64,000 nucleotides of DNA from Eledone cirrhosa (taxonomy: Eukaryota): assembly GCA_964016885.1 (NCBI GenBank), contig OZ024747.1, forward strand, positions 85,684,001 to 85,748,000, written 5' to 3'. The notes beneath the pieces were generated by a model. The model had not been told where the DNA came from. It made no database searches and was given only the letters and a program-made list of their open reading frames with translations. The position numbers were made by a program, and so were the translations under genes. This document shows positions 28,690-40,938 of this stretch, piece by piece; within the stretch, counting starts at the first letter, position 1; each line of letters begins with the position of its first letter.

Positions 28690-29490
28690 CAGCATAGACT
28701 GATAACTAGTGAATTCAGAATAAGAGCCAGACACATAAACATAGATAGTCTCGAGGAAGATATGGAAGCTTAAAGAACCATCAAGCAGTTGTATGTTTAG
28801 AAAGGTACTAGATGAAGCCCTAAACACAAGGAAGAGGAATGAGTCCTATAGCATAAAGGACAACTGCAAACTCCTACAAAACAATCTATTGACAGCAAAG
28901 TTCCAGCTAGATAGCAGGTAACATGGTAGTGGAACTGTACGGTAGATAAAATGATAAAAGCTAAGAGATAGGCTTGGAAAGCTGAAAGACAGAAAGCAAT
29001 AGCAAGTAGCTAGATGTCAAATTTACTTAACAAGAGGGGAAGAAGAAAGTAAGAGGTTTATCAATGTCCAGCAACGTAAGGTCCTCCATATTACATGACA
29101 GTGTACTTGAGAGAATTGAGATGCCATGGCAAGGAGTATATATGGAGTGACAATGGCTCATTTAACCTTACTGACAGCAAAAAGATGCATAGAAGTGTTA
29201 CTATGAGCAGTTGCTGAATGAGGAGAAAGTCTCTAACCAGAGTAGACTTGATAAGCCCAGCCATCATTTTTGACAGCAGAGTGATAGCTAAGAAGATAAA
29301 GCATATGAAGGTGGAGCAGGCAGCTGAGGTGGTTAAACTATCTGGTGGAGCAGGACAGACTAGTTACACACACACAGATAATCAGATATTGCATGAAATT
29401 ATCATACACAATGACTGGTGCAGTAGCAACAACATTGTCAACTGTTACTAGGGTAAAGGATATGCATTAGAGAGAAGCAATTACAGGGAC
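28690..29490 (+). mobile_element. RTE LINE remnant
   Basis: Decayed ORF upstream of the RT domain (DWCSSNNIVNCY*GKGYALERSNYR). Confidence 0.65.
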
Positions 29491-29890
29491 CATTTTGAAA
29501 CCACAAAAAATGAAAAGTGTGGAGGGGGGGTTGCTTTAAGTATGACAGACAAAATGAAACTGAATTATATGTGGATGTCTTAAGCAAAATTCTTTCTTTT
29601 CAGTCTTACCTTTATTGCTGAGCAGCATTTAACTGCAAACAGTCTGTTGAGAAGTTGGATGGGGTCAGAAAAAAAAAAAATATTCAGACAGATAATTCTG
29701 GATATTTTCACAAATAAATCTTTCAGTTTGTCGATTTAAAAAGATTTACAATGAAAAAACAGTTACCTTTGGTTACATTTATACATCTAAAGTGAAACAT
29801 ATCCAACAGTTTGTGTATGTTTCTTTTTGAATGGCTAGAATGGCATTTCCACAATGTATTGAGTTTAAACACACAATCTCAGATCAAGTC

Positions 29891-29956
<66 letters not shown>

Positions 29957-30394
29957 GTCATCATCCTCATCATCATTTAACGGTTTCTCTACTAGCAAGA
30001 GTTAGATGGGTTATCATAAACCAAGTCAGTACTTAATCACAGCTACTGACTTCTCAAACAGGCTGGGGGCTTGCAACATGTTCTTGCACTTTACAAAGTG
30101 CACCAGATGCCTTTTATCATAGTATTATCATGTCTTCAAAACAGCTGAACAGTCCTTTGGTACATTTTCTACAGCTTGGTGTCCTTCCTATCATATGTGT
30201 GTAAATGATGATATATATATATCTAGGGCGGGTAAAATTCCTGAGATCCATGGACGAGTTCTCTCCAGCGGTCTCTGTCCCTCATTATCGCTGCCATGTC
30301 CTGCGTCTCCAACAGACAAGTGTCTGTCCTTAGGGCATCAACATACGTTAACCTTGGTCTTCCTCTTCCAGTGTGTCCATGTAGGGTCTCCCAC

Positions 30395-30797
30395 AGTAGA
30401 GAATGTTGAGAAGCCAGAGGGGATCACTAATGTAGGCGGGAAGCCGCTAGAATTGGCTGAGGACTTCCTGTATTTGGGAGCAAAGATTGGGAATACGGAA
30501 GATGATGTGGTTGAGAAGAAGAGCAAAGCCACAGCTTGAGATCGGTGTGGAAGTCGGACCTTTGTGAAGACCTGAAAATCCGCCTCTTCATCCATCTGTG
30601 ACTTGGACACTGACCAAGAAACTCACTCAGATGGTGGATGGGTGCTACACGAGAATGCTGAGGATGGCGCTGAACATTAATCAGTATACACTGAGAATGA
30701 AAAACTCAGAGCTGTATGGGAGCCTCCCAAAAGTCAGCTCAAAAGTGACACAGAGGAGACTGAGGTTAGCTGGACATGCTCACCGACATCTAGAGTT
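30395..30797 (+). mobile_element. LINE (RTE-like) RT C-terminal fragment
   Basis: LELAEDFLYLGAKIG and WTLTKKLTQMVDGCYTRMLRMALNI...QRRLRLAGH. Confidence 0.75.
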
Positions 30798-30806
30798 GAT
30801 ATATAT

Positions 30807-31148
30807 CATCATCATCATTTCATTTTACGTCCGCTTTCTCCCTGCTTGCAAGGGTGGGACGGTAACTGATTTTGGCTTGATTTCTACAGCTGGATGCCCT
30901 TCCTAACACCAACCTCATTTACAGTGAGTGCTGGGTGCTTTTTTGCCGTGGCACCTCCACGACCACTTTGCAGTGGAATGATAGGGACCCCAGTCCCTAT
31001 CATCTCATTTCTACAGCTGAGTAAACTGGAGCAATGTGAAATAAAGTGTCTTGCTCAAGGAAACAACACATCACCCGGTCTGAGAATTGAACTCACAACC
31101 TTTCGATTGCAAGGCCAATGCTCTAACCACTACGCCATGTGCCTCCAT
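30807..31148 (-). mobile_element. Full-length tRNA-derived SINE (same young family as 15536-15882)
   Basis: Near-identical body to the 15.5-kb copy. Confidence 0.85.
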
Positions 31149-32049
31149 ATATTTATATACATACATATATATAGTTCCAAGAGTTTCTGAAGAAATAGAT
31201 CAATGGAAAAAAAAGTACTCTGTGTAAAGTACAGTCAAAATATATTGTATGAATAAGATCTCAACAGAAATGCATGCTTTTCATAACTGCTTCAACATCT
31301 CCAATACCTGTGGTTGTGTCTACAACAGCCATGTTGTAACAAGCTGGTGAATTACCATCTCTCAATAGCTGCTTTATTATCTCCAACACCCATTCCTCTC
31401 AGCATAGGGGTTTTGTGACATGAGAAGCTGGGTCAGAAAATTGATACACATGGGACAAGTTGTGTATTACCCACTTCCAACCACACTAGGTTTCTACAGC
31501 TGGATGCCCTTCCTAATGCCAACCACTTTACAGTGTGTGCTGGGTGCTTTTTGTTGTGATACATACCTACATGACCAATTTACAGTGTGCGCTGGGTGCT
31601 TTTAGTTGTGATACCTACACGACCACTTTACAGTGTGTGTTGGGTGTTGTTGTGACACCTATATCACCACTTTATAGTGTGGGCTGGGTGCTTTTTGTTG
31701 TGACACCAACATAACTTTACAGTGTGAGGGTGGTGTGGACAGAAGTGGGTGTTGGGGAGTGTATGGAAGAGGTATAGTGGTTAAGAGGTGCCTACTAAAT
31801 GTATGTTTGAGTCCATGCGCATGGGAAGACGTGTCTTCTGTATTACTGCATAACACCAGAGATCTCAATGTCTTTGAGAGTTGTAATTGTGCAAGGTCTT
31901 CCTACTCCACAGTTTCCATCAACTTTGATCAGTCTGCACCTTTTTATACAGCTGTCATTTTTCATACGCATCACATGAACATACAAATTTCTCTAGCATA
32001 CTGCATCTGATCGCTTTTATGCCTAATTTCTTTCAGTTAATTTACACTT

Positions 32050-33300
32050 TGCCATTTGTGTATGTTACTATTTCACATCCATTGGAGCATGCACGCTTCA
32101 CTTCTTTTCAATTTTTGCAGATCCTCTGCACACAGTGCCTAGGTCTCATTACCATGTAACATTGTTGTTCGTATACATGCATTGTACAATCTGCCCTTCA
32201 TTTTAAAGCAAAAACCTTTTGTAGCTAAAAGTGGTAGTAGCTCTCTGAACTTTCTCCATCCCATTCTTACTCTGGCTACTGTACTTTCGGAACACCCTTC
32301 TACACAGCTGATTTCATCAACCAGGTAATGGAAAGTGTAGACTATTTCTATAGAGCCGTCTGGGCATTTTGAAGGAGCTAGTGTCTTGTGGGCACTTGCT
32401 ACTTACTGCACCTGAGCATCAGCCGCATATAAAACCTACGTTCTTTGATAGTCTGCCTGTGATCCCACATCCTTTATTTTGGACATAGAATGGAATTTCT
32501 TTCTACTCCTTTCCTACACACTTAGCAAGTCCATTTCCAAGAGGGGACCTGGGCCCTCTTTTCCTTTCTACATACAAGTTAACTTTAAGACCTTTTGATT
32601 TTAGGCCATGCTTCCAGGTTTGGAATTTCTTCTCTAACTCTGCCATAGATTCAGTTATGAGAGTTAGATCGTCTGTATACAGAGGTTCCCATGGGCAGCC
32701 AGTCTTAAACCCTTCTGTTATAGCCTATAGAGCAATAATCAACAGGAGATGACTAAGAACAGGGCCCTGTTGAACACCTACCTGTACACTAAATTATTCA
32801 CCATAGTCAGTTAATTCTAACCTTGCTGACTGTTCCTCTATACTTGGCTTGTACAACTTCCACAAGCCACTCATCTACTAGTTTTCTAAGAGCCCACAAG
32901 ATAATGAAACGGGGGACTCTGTCAAAGGCTTTCTCCAAGTCAACAAAAGCTAAATAGAGGGGTTTACTTTTAGCTAGGTACTTCTCCTGCAGTTGCCTCA
33001 TGAGGGAGAGAGCATCCATAGTACTTTTACCTGGCACAAATCCAAACTGCATTTCATCAAGGTTAACTCAGTCCCTAATTAACTGTGCAATAACTCTTTC
33101 TGTGATCTTTATGACTTGGTCCATCAACCTGATGTGTCTATAGTTTTTTCTGTCTATAGCATCTCCTTTGCCCTTGTAGCAGTTGACAAGCTATGTCAGT
33201 CATTGGGTATGACCCCTATTTGTATTACTTGGTTTACTATACAGGTAACTATCCCCGAAGGTCCTGCTGCCTTACCTGCCTTCATATCTTTGATTATTAT
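32050..33300 (-). mobile_element. RTE LINE reverse-transcriptase pseudogene
   Basis: MQFGFVPGKSTMDA...YLAFVDLEKAFDRVPR, GVQQG...LS and WEPLYTDDL (YADD-like) motifs, with stops and frameshifts. Confidence 0.9.
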
Positions 33301-34779
33301 TTAATTACAATATAATCGTAATCTACATCTTCGAAAATGTATATATAGAAGTTCATTTAAAAAATGGTATTACCCCACTCGATTTCTGTTAGAAAAAATG
33401 TTTCCAGTGCTATCAACTAATCTAACCTTCAAGATTCTGGCAACCAACTTTTTTCCTGGAGAATGGTGTTTTCTCTATGATTTTTTTTTTTTCGTGTGTT
33501 ATCAAGCAATAGGACCTCCAGACCAGTCGAAAACAACTAGATATGTATAAATAGCAGGGTCCAAAAGACCATTGGAGTTTCACAGATCATCATGTAGCGA
33601 AAGGCATGGTCTCCATGGACACCAAAAGAGTGACCTGCGACCTCACAGGGAAGGCAATCAATTTCCCTGATGGTAAGATTTACGGCATCAGTTGTATGAA
33701 GGAGAACACATTCTGGGGGCATGTTATCTATCAATGAAATAACTAGCGATCATTATAAATAGGCTGTCGTGTGGTACTAACATCGCTCAGTCCTCGGCCG
33801 TTTCACCAATACAACACAGCCTGGATATATAACGTTCTACTACATCAGCCAGCCACGCACTGTCGACTACAACTTGTCACTTTTCTTTTAAGGGAACATT
33901 CCATGGTAAATAAAAGATTCGTGCACAACACTTATTCGTGCTTGACTGACCACTATATTCATTAGTGAAGACTATAATCAAACATTATATTTACGATTCG
34001 AAGTAATCATATTTTTTTCCTTTTTGCTGAAGTGATGTAAAGATATATATATTCAACCAGAGGTCCAGAAAAAAAACAAGGAAAGATAATTATTTCCCAC
34101 GAAACCCCGGTGGTCTTTTCGCCCCCTTTCACCTTACCTTTTCTACACACTTAGTCGTTTCCAACTGGTTTGGAGGTCATATTCATTGATAACACACCAA
34201 AAAAAAAAAAAAAAGGAAAGAAAACTCCGAGGAAATCTTTTTCTCCACTGAAATCGAGTGGGGTGTTCAATAAATTTACCTTAAAAATATACATTATTAC
34301 GAAAGGAGAGTGTGGACACAAGGCTAGTTATACAAAAATAAATATGAAATATTTTGAAACAGTGTTTTACTGAATGAAAAATAAATACAGGTGAGAATTT
34401 AGATGAAATAAAAATGTGATCTTAACAATGAATGGAACAAACTCTTGCATTCATGTACCATAGTAGACCATATTGTTAGTTTTAGAAAAATAAAATAGAA
34501 AGTTATATTTTTATGCAACGTGTAAAAGAGAGACAAAATGTATAATCTTTCGTTTTAAAATAACAGACAACTTCCGGTAACTTCAATGAATGAAAATAAC
34601 TATTTCTTAAGTTATGAGAAAACGAAGTCAGATAAAGCAAACACATATAAGACTCAGATTCTCGGAAATCAATGCTCGCTTCTCCAGTGCGTAACCTACA
34701 GTCGGCGGTTGAAAAAGCAAACATTGTTTCCCGTGTGCACATTTTTGCTATATTTGAATGAAAATGCATGCAGATTTGG

Positions 34780-34827
<48 letters not shown>

Positions 34828-34933
34828 TGAAGTAATTCCGTCGGAAAAGTCCAGGAAAAAAGAGTGCTCTATCACTTTCATATAGATTATATTTTTGTTT
34901 TTAAAATCCAACGCCAATAAATACACCAGGATT

Positions 34934-34994
34934 TTTCATTCTGATGATTGAAAGCAAAAAATTTTTGCTTTTAAGAAACCACTGGTAAATGAAA
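34934..34994 (+). ncRNA. Type-I hammerhead ribozyme, apparently intact
   Basis: tttcatt-CTGATGA-TTGAAAGCAAAA/TTTTGCTTTTAA-GAA-ACCAcTGGT-A-aatgaaa: 7-bp helix I, ~12-bp helix II, palindromic helix III and a GUA cleavage triplet. Confidence 0.8.
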
Positions 34995-35233
34995 TAATTG
35001 CCTTATGTTGTTTATTACATAACTATATATATACTGACTTCGTTTCCTCATAACTCTGTCAATGATGTAAATTTTGATACATCATGGAAGGTGTTGATGA
35101 TTATGTTTATAAAATCTTTAAACATTTGTCATTTACACACACAGGAGTTGTATGTGATAATAAAACGAAAGATTACCGGCAAAGAGTATGTATGTGAGAT
35201 ATATAAAGAGAAGGGAGGAGTATATGGACAGAC

Positions 35234-36721
35234 TTAAGTTTTCAATACAGTTGTAGCTACGAGTAAATATCCACCTGTGCCACTCATATTTACTAGAGGG
35301 TGGGTCCTCATAGGTAACACTTGATATTCTCGTAACCACGTTTCTGTTAAACGGAAATTAACCAAACATCCAATTTCTCGCAGTTGAGCATAACACTCCA
35401 ACAGACTTTCCTTGTATTGGGAATATACGACTATCTGGCGAGATGGCCGAAGATATTGGAGTAGGTGTAATACCAGAGGAGTTGGATAGAATTTAGAAGC
35501 GACTATAACACAGTCCAGTTCTTTGTTGACCATCAGACTTTGCGTTATGGCCAACTTCTTGGTGGAATTTTCACGTTTTGTTTCTCGATTTTCAAACGTC
35601 TGGCGATATCTTTTCTTTTCGACAGTTTCAGAACTTTCACTTTCTTTTCCCTCCGACGTCGACATTTTGGAGTCTGTTCCGCTGGTGTCGACATTGTTTT
35701 TACTTTTACCTTCGCAATTAATAAATTCTTCATCCTTCGTTTCACTTTTGTTATCATTTGAGCCTTCAGGTGAGAGTTCTGGGTTCGATTCCTTCTCCTT
35801 GTCGATATCTTCAGATTTAACAACAACGGGAGAGACTGCTTGATTATTTTTATCAGCGTCTTCTTCTGGTGTGATGGTTTCAAGTTTAACCATTTTTTTT
35901 TCTGGTTCGCCGTCAGTGGGAGAAGATTTAGAGTCGTCCTCAGTTATAATGTTACCGGTATGTTTAAGTAGATTCAGTTTCTCCATGGGAAACGAATGTA
36001 AGCTATCCATGTGGTCCTGATCGAAATCATAACAATCAACAGCGGGACGTGAAGGATTGCGACCGTTATAAACATGTATTACATTACCTCGACCACCCAG
36101 CCGTTCCATAACTGCTCCAACAACGATTCCAAGACAAGTGTCTACCACAGCAACGTTCGTATCGGCACGGATGTTACCTAACATGAGTATCTGGGCCAAA
36201 GAATCGATCCTCATGAAGCAAATTTTTGCAGGGTTTCTCGCAAAATACATTTCAATCAGAATTCTTGTGGTAGGTCGCAGAACGACAAAGATAAGCATAT
36301 ACTTGCGTTTTTTTTTCTTAATATATTTATCCTGGGCGTACTGGGTCTTCAGGGAAAATGTTGAACTGTTCTCAATGAGACGTCCAACTATTCTTTCGCC
36401 AGCCAAACCATCTTTTTTCATCGCCATTATTTCTTCATGGGACAACAGTTGATTGCTGTCTTTGCCGACAATGTTACGGTTATCAACACCTTTTCCGCAA
36501 TCGGGGATGTTAAATTCCCGCGCAGAACGGTCTACTCTCACGATGGAGTCTTTCTTTACTTCGAATCTGGAACCATACGGACAGCCTACCATGCCGTCCA
36601 ATTTGAATTTGTGCTTATCAACAAAAATGTAGCGATTTGAACGGACCTGCATGATTCTGTAAGAGTCATCCCGCTTCATGACAACATGGTCTCCTTCTTT
36701 AATGATCTTCTTGTCAGACAT
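35234..36721 (-). CDS. TRMT6: tRNA (adenine(58)-N1)-methyltransferase non-catalytic subunit TRM6 (Gcd10 family), intronless
   Basis: 495-aa uninterrupted ORF with IKEGDHVV, DNRNI..SNQLLSHEEIMAMK, LIENSSTFSLKTQYAQDKYIKKK, RIDSLAQIL and ETWLREYQVLPMRTHPLVNMSGTGGYLL. AATAAA on the - strand at ~35011-35016. Confidence 0.96.
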   Translation of the reverse strand: MSDKKIIKEGDHVVMKRDDSYRIMQVRSNRYIFVDKHKFKLDGMVGCPYGSRFEVKKDSIVRVDRSAREFNIPDCGKGVDNRNIVGKDSNQLLSHEEIMAMKKDGLAGERIVGRLIENSSTFSLKTQYAQDKYIKKKKRKYMLIFVVLRPTTRILIEMYFARNPAKICFMRIDSLAQILMLGNIRADTNVAVVDTCLGIVVGAVMERLGGRGNVIHVYNGRNPSRPAVDCYDFDQDHMDSLHSFPMEKLNLLKHTGNIITEDDSKSSPTDGEPEKKMVKLETITPEEDADKNNQAVSPVVVKSEDIDKEKESNPELSPEGSNDNKSETKDEEFINCEGKSKNNVDTSGTDSKMSTSEGKESESSETVEKKRYRQTFENRETKRENSTKKLAITQSLMVNKELDCVIVASKFYPTPLVLHLLQYLRPSRQIVVYSQYKESLLECYAQLREIGCLVNFRLTETWLREYQVLPMRTHPLVNMSGTGGYLLVATTVLKT

Positions 36722-37541
36722 AATACCTTTCTAGCTTTCTACAGCCACAATAAAACGGAAGTAATACAACTTTAAATATCAAAAGTAACAATCAATTAAA
36801 TTTCCATGTGCCCAACTGAATAAGACACAGAGAGTTATGTTCCTTGCATACATTGTATTTGTCTACACACAAATATTTTGTCACAAAGTCTTCAGATGAA
36901 TCTATTTGATTACATCATTTCACTGTGCATACAACAATAGATTTACTAAAGAGGAGACCTGTATGTTCATCGTCCAACCTACTAGAAATAGTAGCTAAAC
37001 CTCCCTCAAACCATACCATTATATCTTAACGAAGAAGAATATATTAAATAATGTAGTCATAGTTTTTCTAGGTCTGAAAAAGAAAAAAAATATAAACTCT
37101 ACTCGAAAAATAACTGAACAAAAACATGAAAATTCCGAGAACGTATTTGCCTCAATTATTCCCCCGTGTAGTACTACTAGTAGGTCACCCTCGAATCAAA
37201 CACGACTGCCTTTGAATATAGGGCATGTGCCCTAGCTTCACTGCATATCGGAAAAAGACGGATGGTCACGGTTGAAATGCCTTTCATTATAGATCTTATC
37301 GATCAGATTTGACCTTGGGGCTAAATAACTACAATAACGTCACCATCTTACCCATATTAACATTGAATCCTGGAAAAAAGTAACATTTCATTTATATTAT
37401 ATAAAAGTGTAATATATTAAAACAAGTAAAACTTATATTTAAAGGAAAAAACCCCACTAAAAATACATAAATTCCGGTTTCCCTCACTATACAAAACATG
37501 TGGTTTTATTTCCGTTCACCATAACAACATTATTAACTCAA
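36722..37541. promoter_or_regulatory. Putative shared (bidirectional) promoter region TRMT6/YARS2
   Basis: Divergent ATGs ~820 bp apart. ETS-like CGGAAGT at ~36756 and TTCCGG at ~37472, each just upstream of one ATG. Confidence 0.5.
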
Positions 37542-37612
37542 ATGCTAAAACAATTGAAGCAAATTGTGATCAATACAAGTAAACAGAGGCGACATATATT
37601 TGGCCTTTACCG
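37542..37612 (+). CDS. YARS2: YARS2 exon 1 (transit-peptide-like)
   Basis: [24 protein letters not shown]: basic, no acidic residues. CG|GTGACT donor in phase 2 fits exon 2. Confidence 0.65.
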
Positions 37613-37752
37613 GTGACTTAATTTATCCTTCACCGACGGTGTAAATATATCATTGAAAACAACGTGCTTTGTCAGAATGTCATTCGAGGATTTTAATTGA
37701 TAGACAGATACAGATAAATATATATTTATTATATACATAAAGAGATACGGAT

Positions 37753-37784
<32 letters not shown>

Positions 37785-40700
37785 GTATATATACAGAAGA
37801 AAAACATGAAGTCAACCTTCAGGTGGAAATATTTTACCTTGAGCAAATATATAATAAACCGCAGGTATGTTTGCAGAAGCATTCATTTGTTAGGTGGGAA
37901 ATATGATGGAATTGACCCCACCAGCACTTGACTGTTACTCTATTTTATCAACACTGGAATGATGAGTTGAACTGGTCGGGATTTGAACTCAGAATGTAAA
38001 AATCTTGAACAAATGCCGTGAGGTATTTTAAGTGATACTCTAACGATTCTCTTCTATTCCACCTCTCTAATAATAATAATAATTTAGGTACAAAGCCAAC
38101 AATTTTGGAGGCAGTCAAAGCAGCCTATATCTGTTCCAGTTCTTAACTGGTATCATTTTATCGACAACTGAACGTTGAAAGGCAAAGCTGGCTTCGGTGG
38201 GATTTGAACACGATTCTCTTTTATTTGTATTTCTTGTCTTGCCTCTTTGTGGTTGCTCTACCTGCTATAAACAGCAGCCAAATTTCCCTCAAATCACATT
38301 GTACTGACTTAAAAATAAAGGACACGTTAGATAAGGTGGCTGTATTTTCCTTACATGAAAGATGGTCATAGCTGGAAGGCTTTTCATTAAAGGTTTGCTT
38401 GATTACGGCTGACATGGGCATCTGCATCTATATTTTCCTTATATGACTATATTCTACTTTATCTGTGTGTTTAGGATGTCAGATAGAATACCATATGGCA
38501 TTTGTTATAGCTCTCTGTGTCCTGAGTTCAAATTCTGTCGAACTCAGCTTTGTTATTCATCCTTCTGGGGTCGATAAATAAAGTGCCAGTCCATGGTTGT
38601 GAATTAGCAGAATTGTTAGAATGTCGGACAAGACACGTTATAGTACTTGTTGCTGCTCTTTCGAAGCTATCTTTATTCTGGTTACTATACTCTTACAATA
38701 TCCACCTCCTCTGCTGATTAAGTCACCAAGGTAACAGAAGCTATCATCTACTACTAGCAAGCCTCCTTGACAGTTGACATAATTAATTTCATAGCCATAA
38801 TCACCATCATTGAATTGGCAGTATCGGTAGAGGGTTGGACGCTATGCTTTCTAGCATAGTTACGTCCCTTTACAGTCTGAGTTCAAATCCCGCCGAGGTT
38901 AACTTTGCATTTCATCCTTACGGGGTCGATAAAATAAAGTACCAGTAATGTACTGAGTAATTGCTGGCCTTGTGTCTAAAGTAGAAACAATTATTGTTTT
39001 ACGCCTTCTTTCCATGCTTGTACAGGTTGTATGAATTGTCATGGTGTGTCAGTTTTTATTCAGAGTTACTACTCTTCTAGTTGGATTGAAGCCCATATCT
39101 CGCTCGTATATTCCATTTTTGGCATGGTTTCTATGCTTATATGTCCGTCCTAATACCAAGAACTTTACAGAGTGTACTGAGTGAATTTTATTGAGGTACC
39201 AATACCAAATAAGTTATCAAATCTTCAGCAAGACTAAAAGGTACTACTTTACATTGTCTCTGTTCAATCAAGGCAACCTAACCAAGGAGGTTTATGGGTG
39301 AAGGAAGCGAAAGCATGATGGGAGAAACAGTAGTATTGTGGTAAAAGGGATGTAGAGGAAGAGATACAGTGATGACAGTTTAACATCATCACCTGGTCTT
39401 TGGATGGTAGACTTAATATATAACCTGATTTAACACCACTTCTTGATTTTTGGTGGAAAACACTTGCCCCAACATGCAACAAGCAATGTCACATTTATGA
39501 ATTATTGATCTCAACATTTTGGATGAAATCAAAGTGCAATATTTTACCATTAAATACACTGTAGGAAGTTTTCATATAAGAGATTTACCTGTGGTTTCTC
39601 TCGTTCTTTTGAATGGATGCACCATTTCCTATAAGTTCTTGAAGACTTGTCGTCATTTTTTACTTAATTGTTTTTTTGGGGTTTTTTTTTTTTTTTTTTG
39701 CTGTTTAGTTAAGGGGATAAGGACAGTACTCATGACTTCTTTTTCTGTATTTCCCCTTTTGTTTCCCCTTATTTATTTTCATAGTGCTTCTTCAAGGGAG
39801 ATTACTATTTCGACTAAAATATTACAGTTATTTACCCTCAAGAACATTTTTTTTCCTTCTCATAATCTCTGGTTATGATCAGCAGCAATGCACTAAATGT
39901 AGTCGAACCAAAATCTTTCCTTCCCCTTTCCTGATACGCCCACTCCGATTGGATTTATGTGTGTGCATTGATGTTTAGTTCTATTGATTTTTCCCCTGAT
40001 ATATTTTTACAGGGTATGTTTTGCTTTAGGTATATAAAATGGCAGACAATAAACTGAAAATAAATGAAAGCTACCGGATTTTTATGCTGTAAATCTTCAC
40101 CATTTGAAAGTTTTTCTATTTTGTTTTGTATTTTTGCATCGATATAGTGAAAACTTTATTTGTGTAAATGCTTTTTTCTGAATTATTTATTCAAGGATGT
40201 TTATGGTTTACAGTCTATTGTGGCCTATCAATAAATTAGCTTAACATGACAAGACAGTCAGATATGATGAGTAAAAGAAAGAATATTGGTGAAGGCTGCT
40301 ATAAGACTTACAATAGAGTGGTTGTTAGTGTTTAATATGGCTGGAAAGTTCTCTCAATCCATTTTTTTGGCTGGATGCCCTTCTCAATGCAAACAACTTT
40401 ACCGTCTGTACTGAGTGTATTTTATTGTATCATTCAGCATTAGAGAAGTTGTCATGTACTTGGTGTGACTGAAGAGTGTTTTGAAGCCCATTTGGCATGG
40501 ATTTTCAACTTTGCTCAACCCTTTCTGACATGTATTTTTATATAAATGTTGTTTTTTGTAGGCTAATAAATGTTGGTAAACCACAGAGATATCAGAACAG
40601 CAGCACAATAACCAATAAGAATATTCTACAGTTACATGAAAGAGGACTTTTTCAAAATATCTTTCCTCCTGAGAGGTAAAACAGCATTTCTTTATTGACT

Positions 40701-40892
40701 TAATATTACTGTTCTCTTTTTATTTGTGTTATATACATGAAAGAACAGATATGATTGCTAGAGATCAATAACAGCTGATCCAGAGAGAGTGAACATACAC
40801 ACACACACACATTATCATCATCATTTCATGTCCTTTTACTTTACTATATGTGTAAAAAAAAGCCATCCTTACACACTCCTCCACTTGCCATT

Positions 40893-40938
<46 letters not shown>

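Noticed and set aside
33480-33965. Unique-looking sequence with short ORFs
   Set aside because: No recognisable domain or splice chain; left unannotated.
34586-34885. Alternative YARS2 first exon, which would nest TRMT6 in an intron
   Set aside because: No convincing phase-2 donor or transit-peptide character; 37542-37612 fits better.
35523-36640. Antisense and alternative-frame ORFs over TRMT6
   Set aside because: Shadow ORFs of the real CDS.
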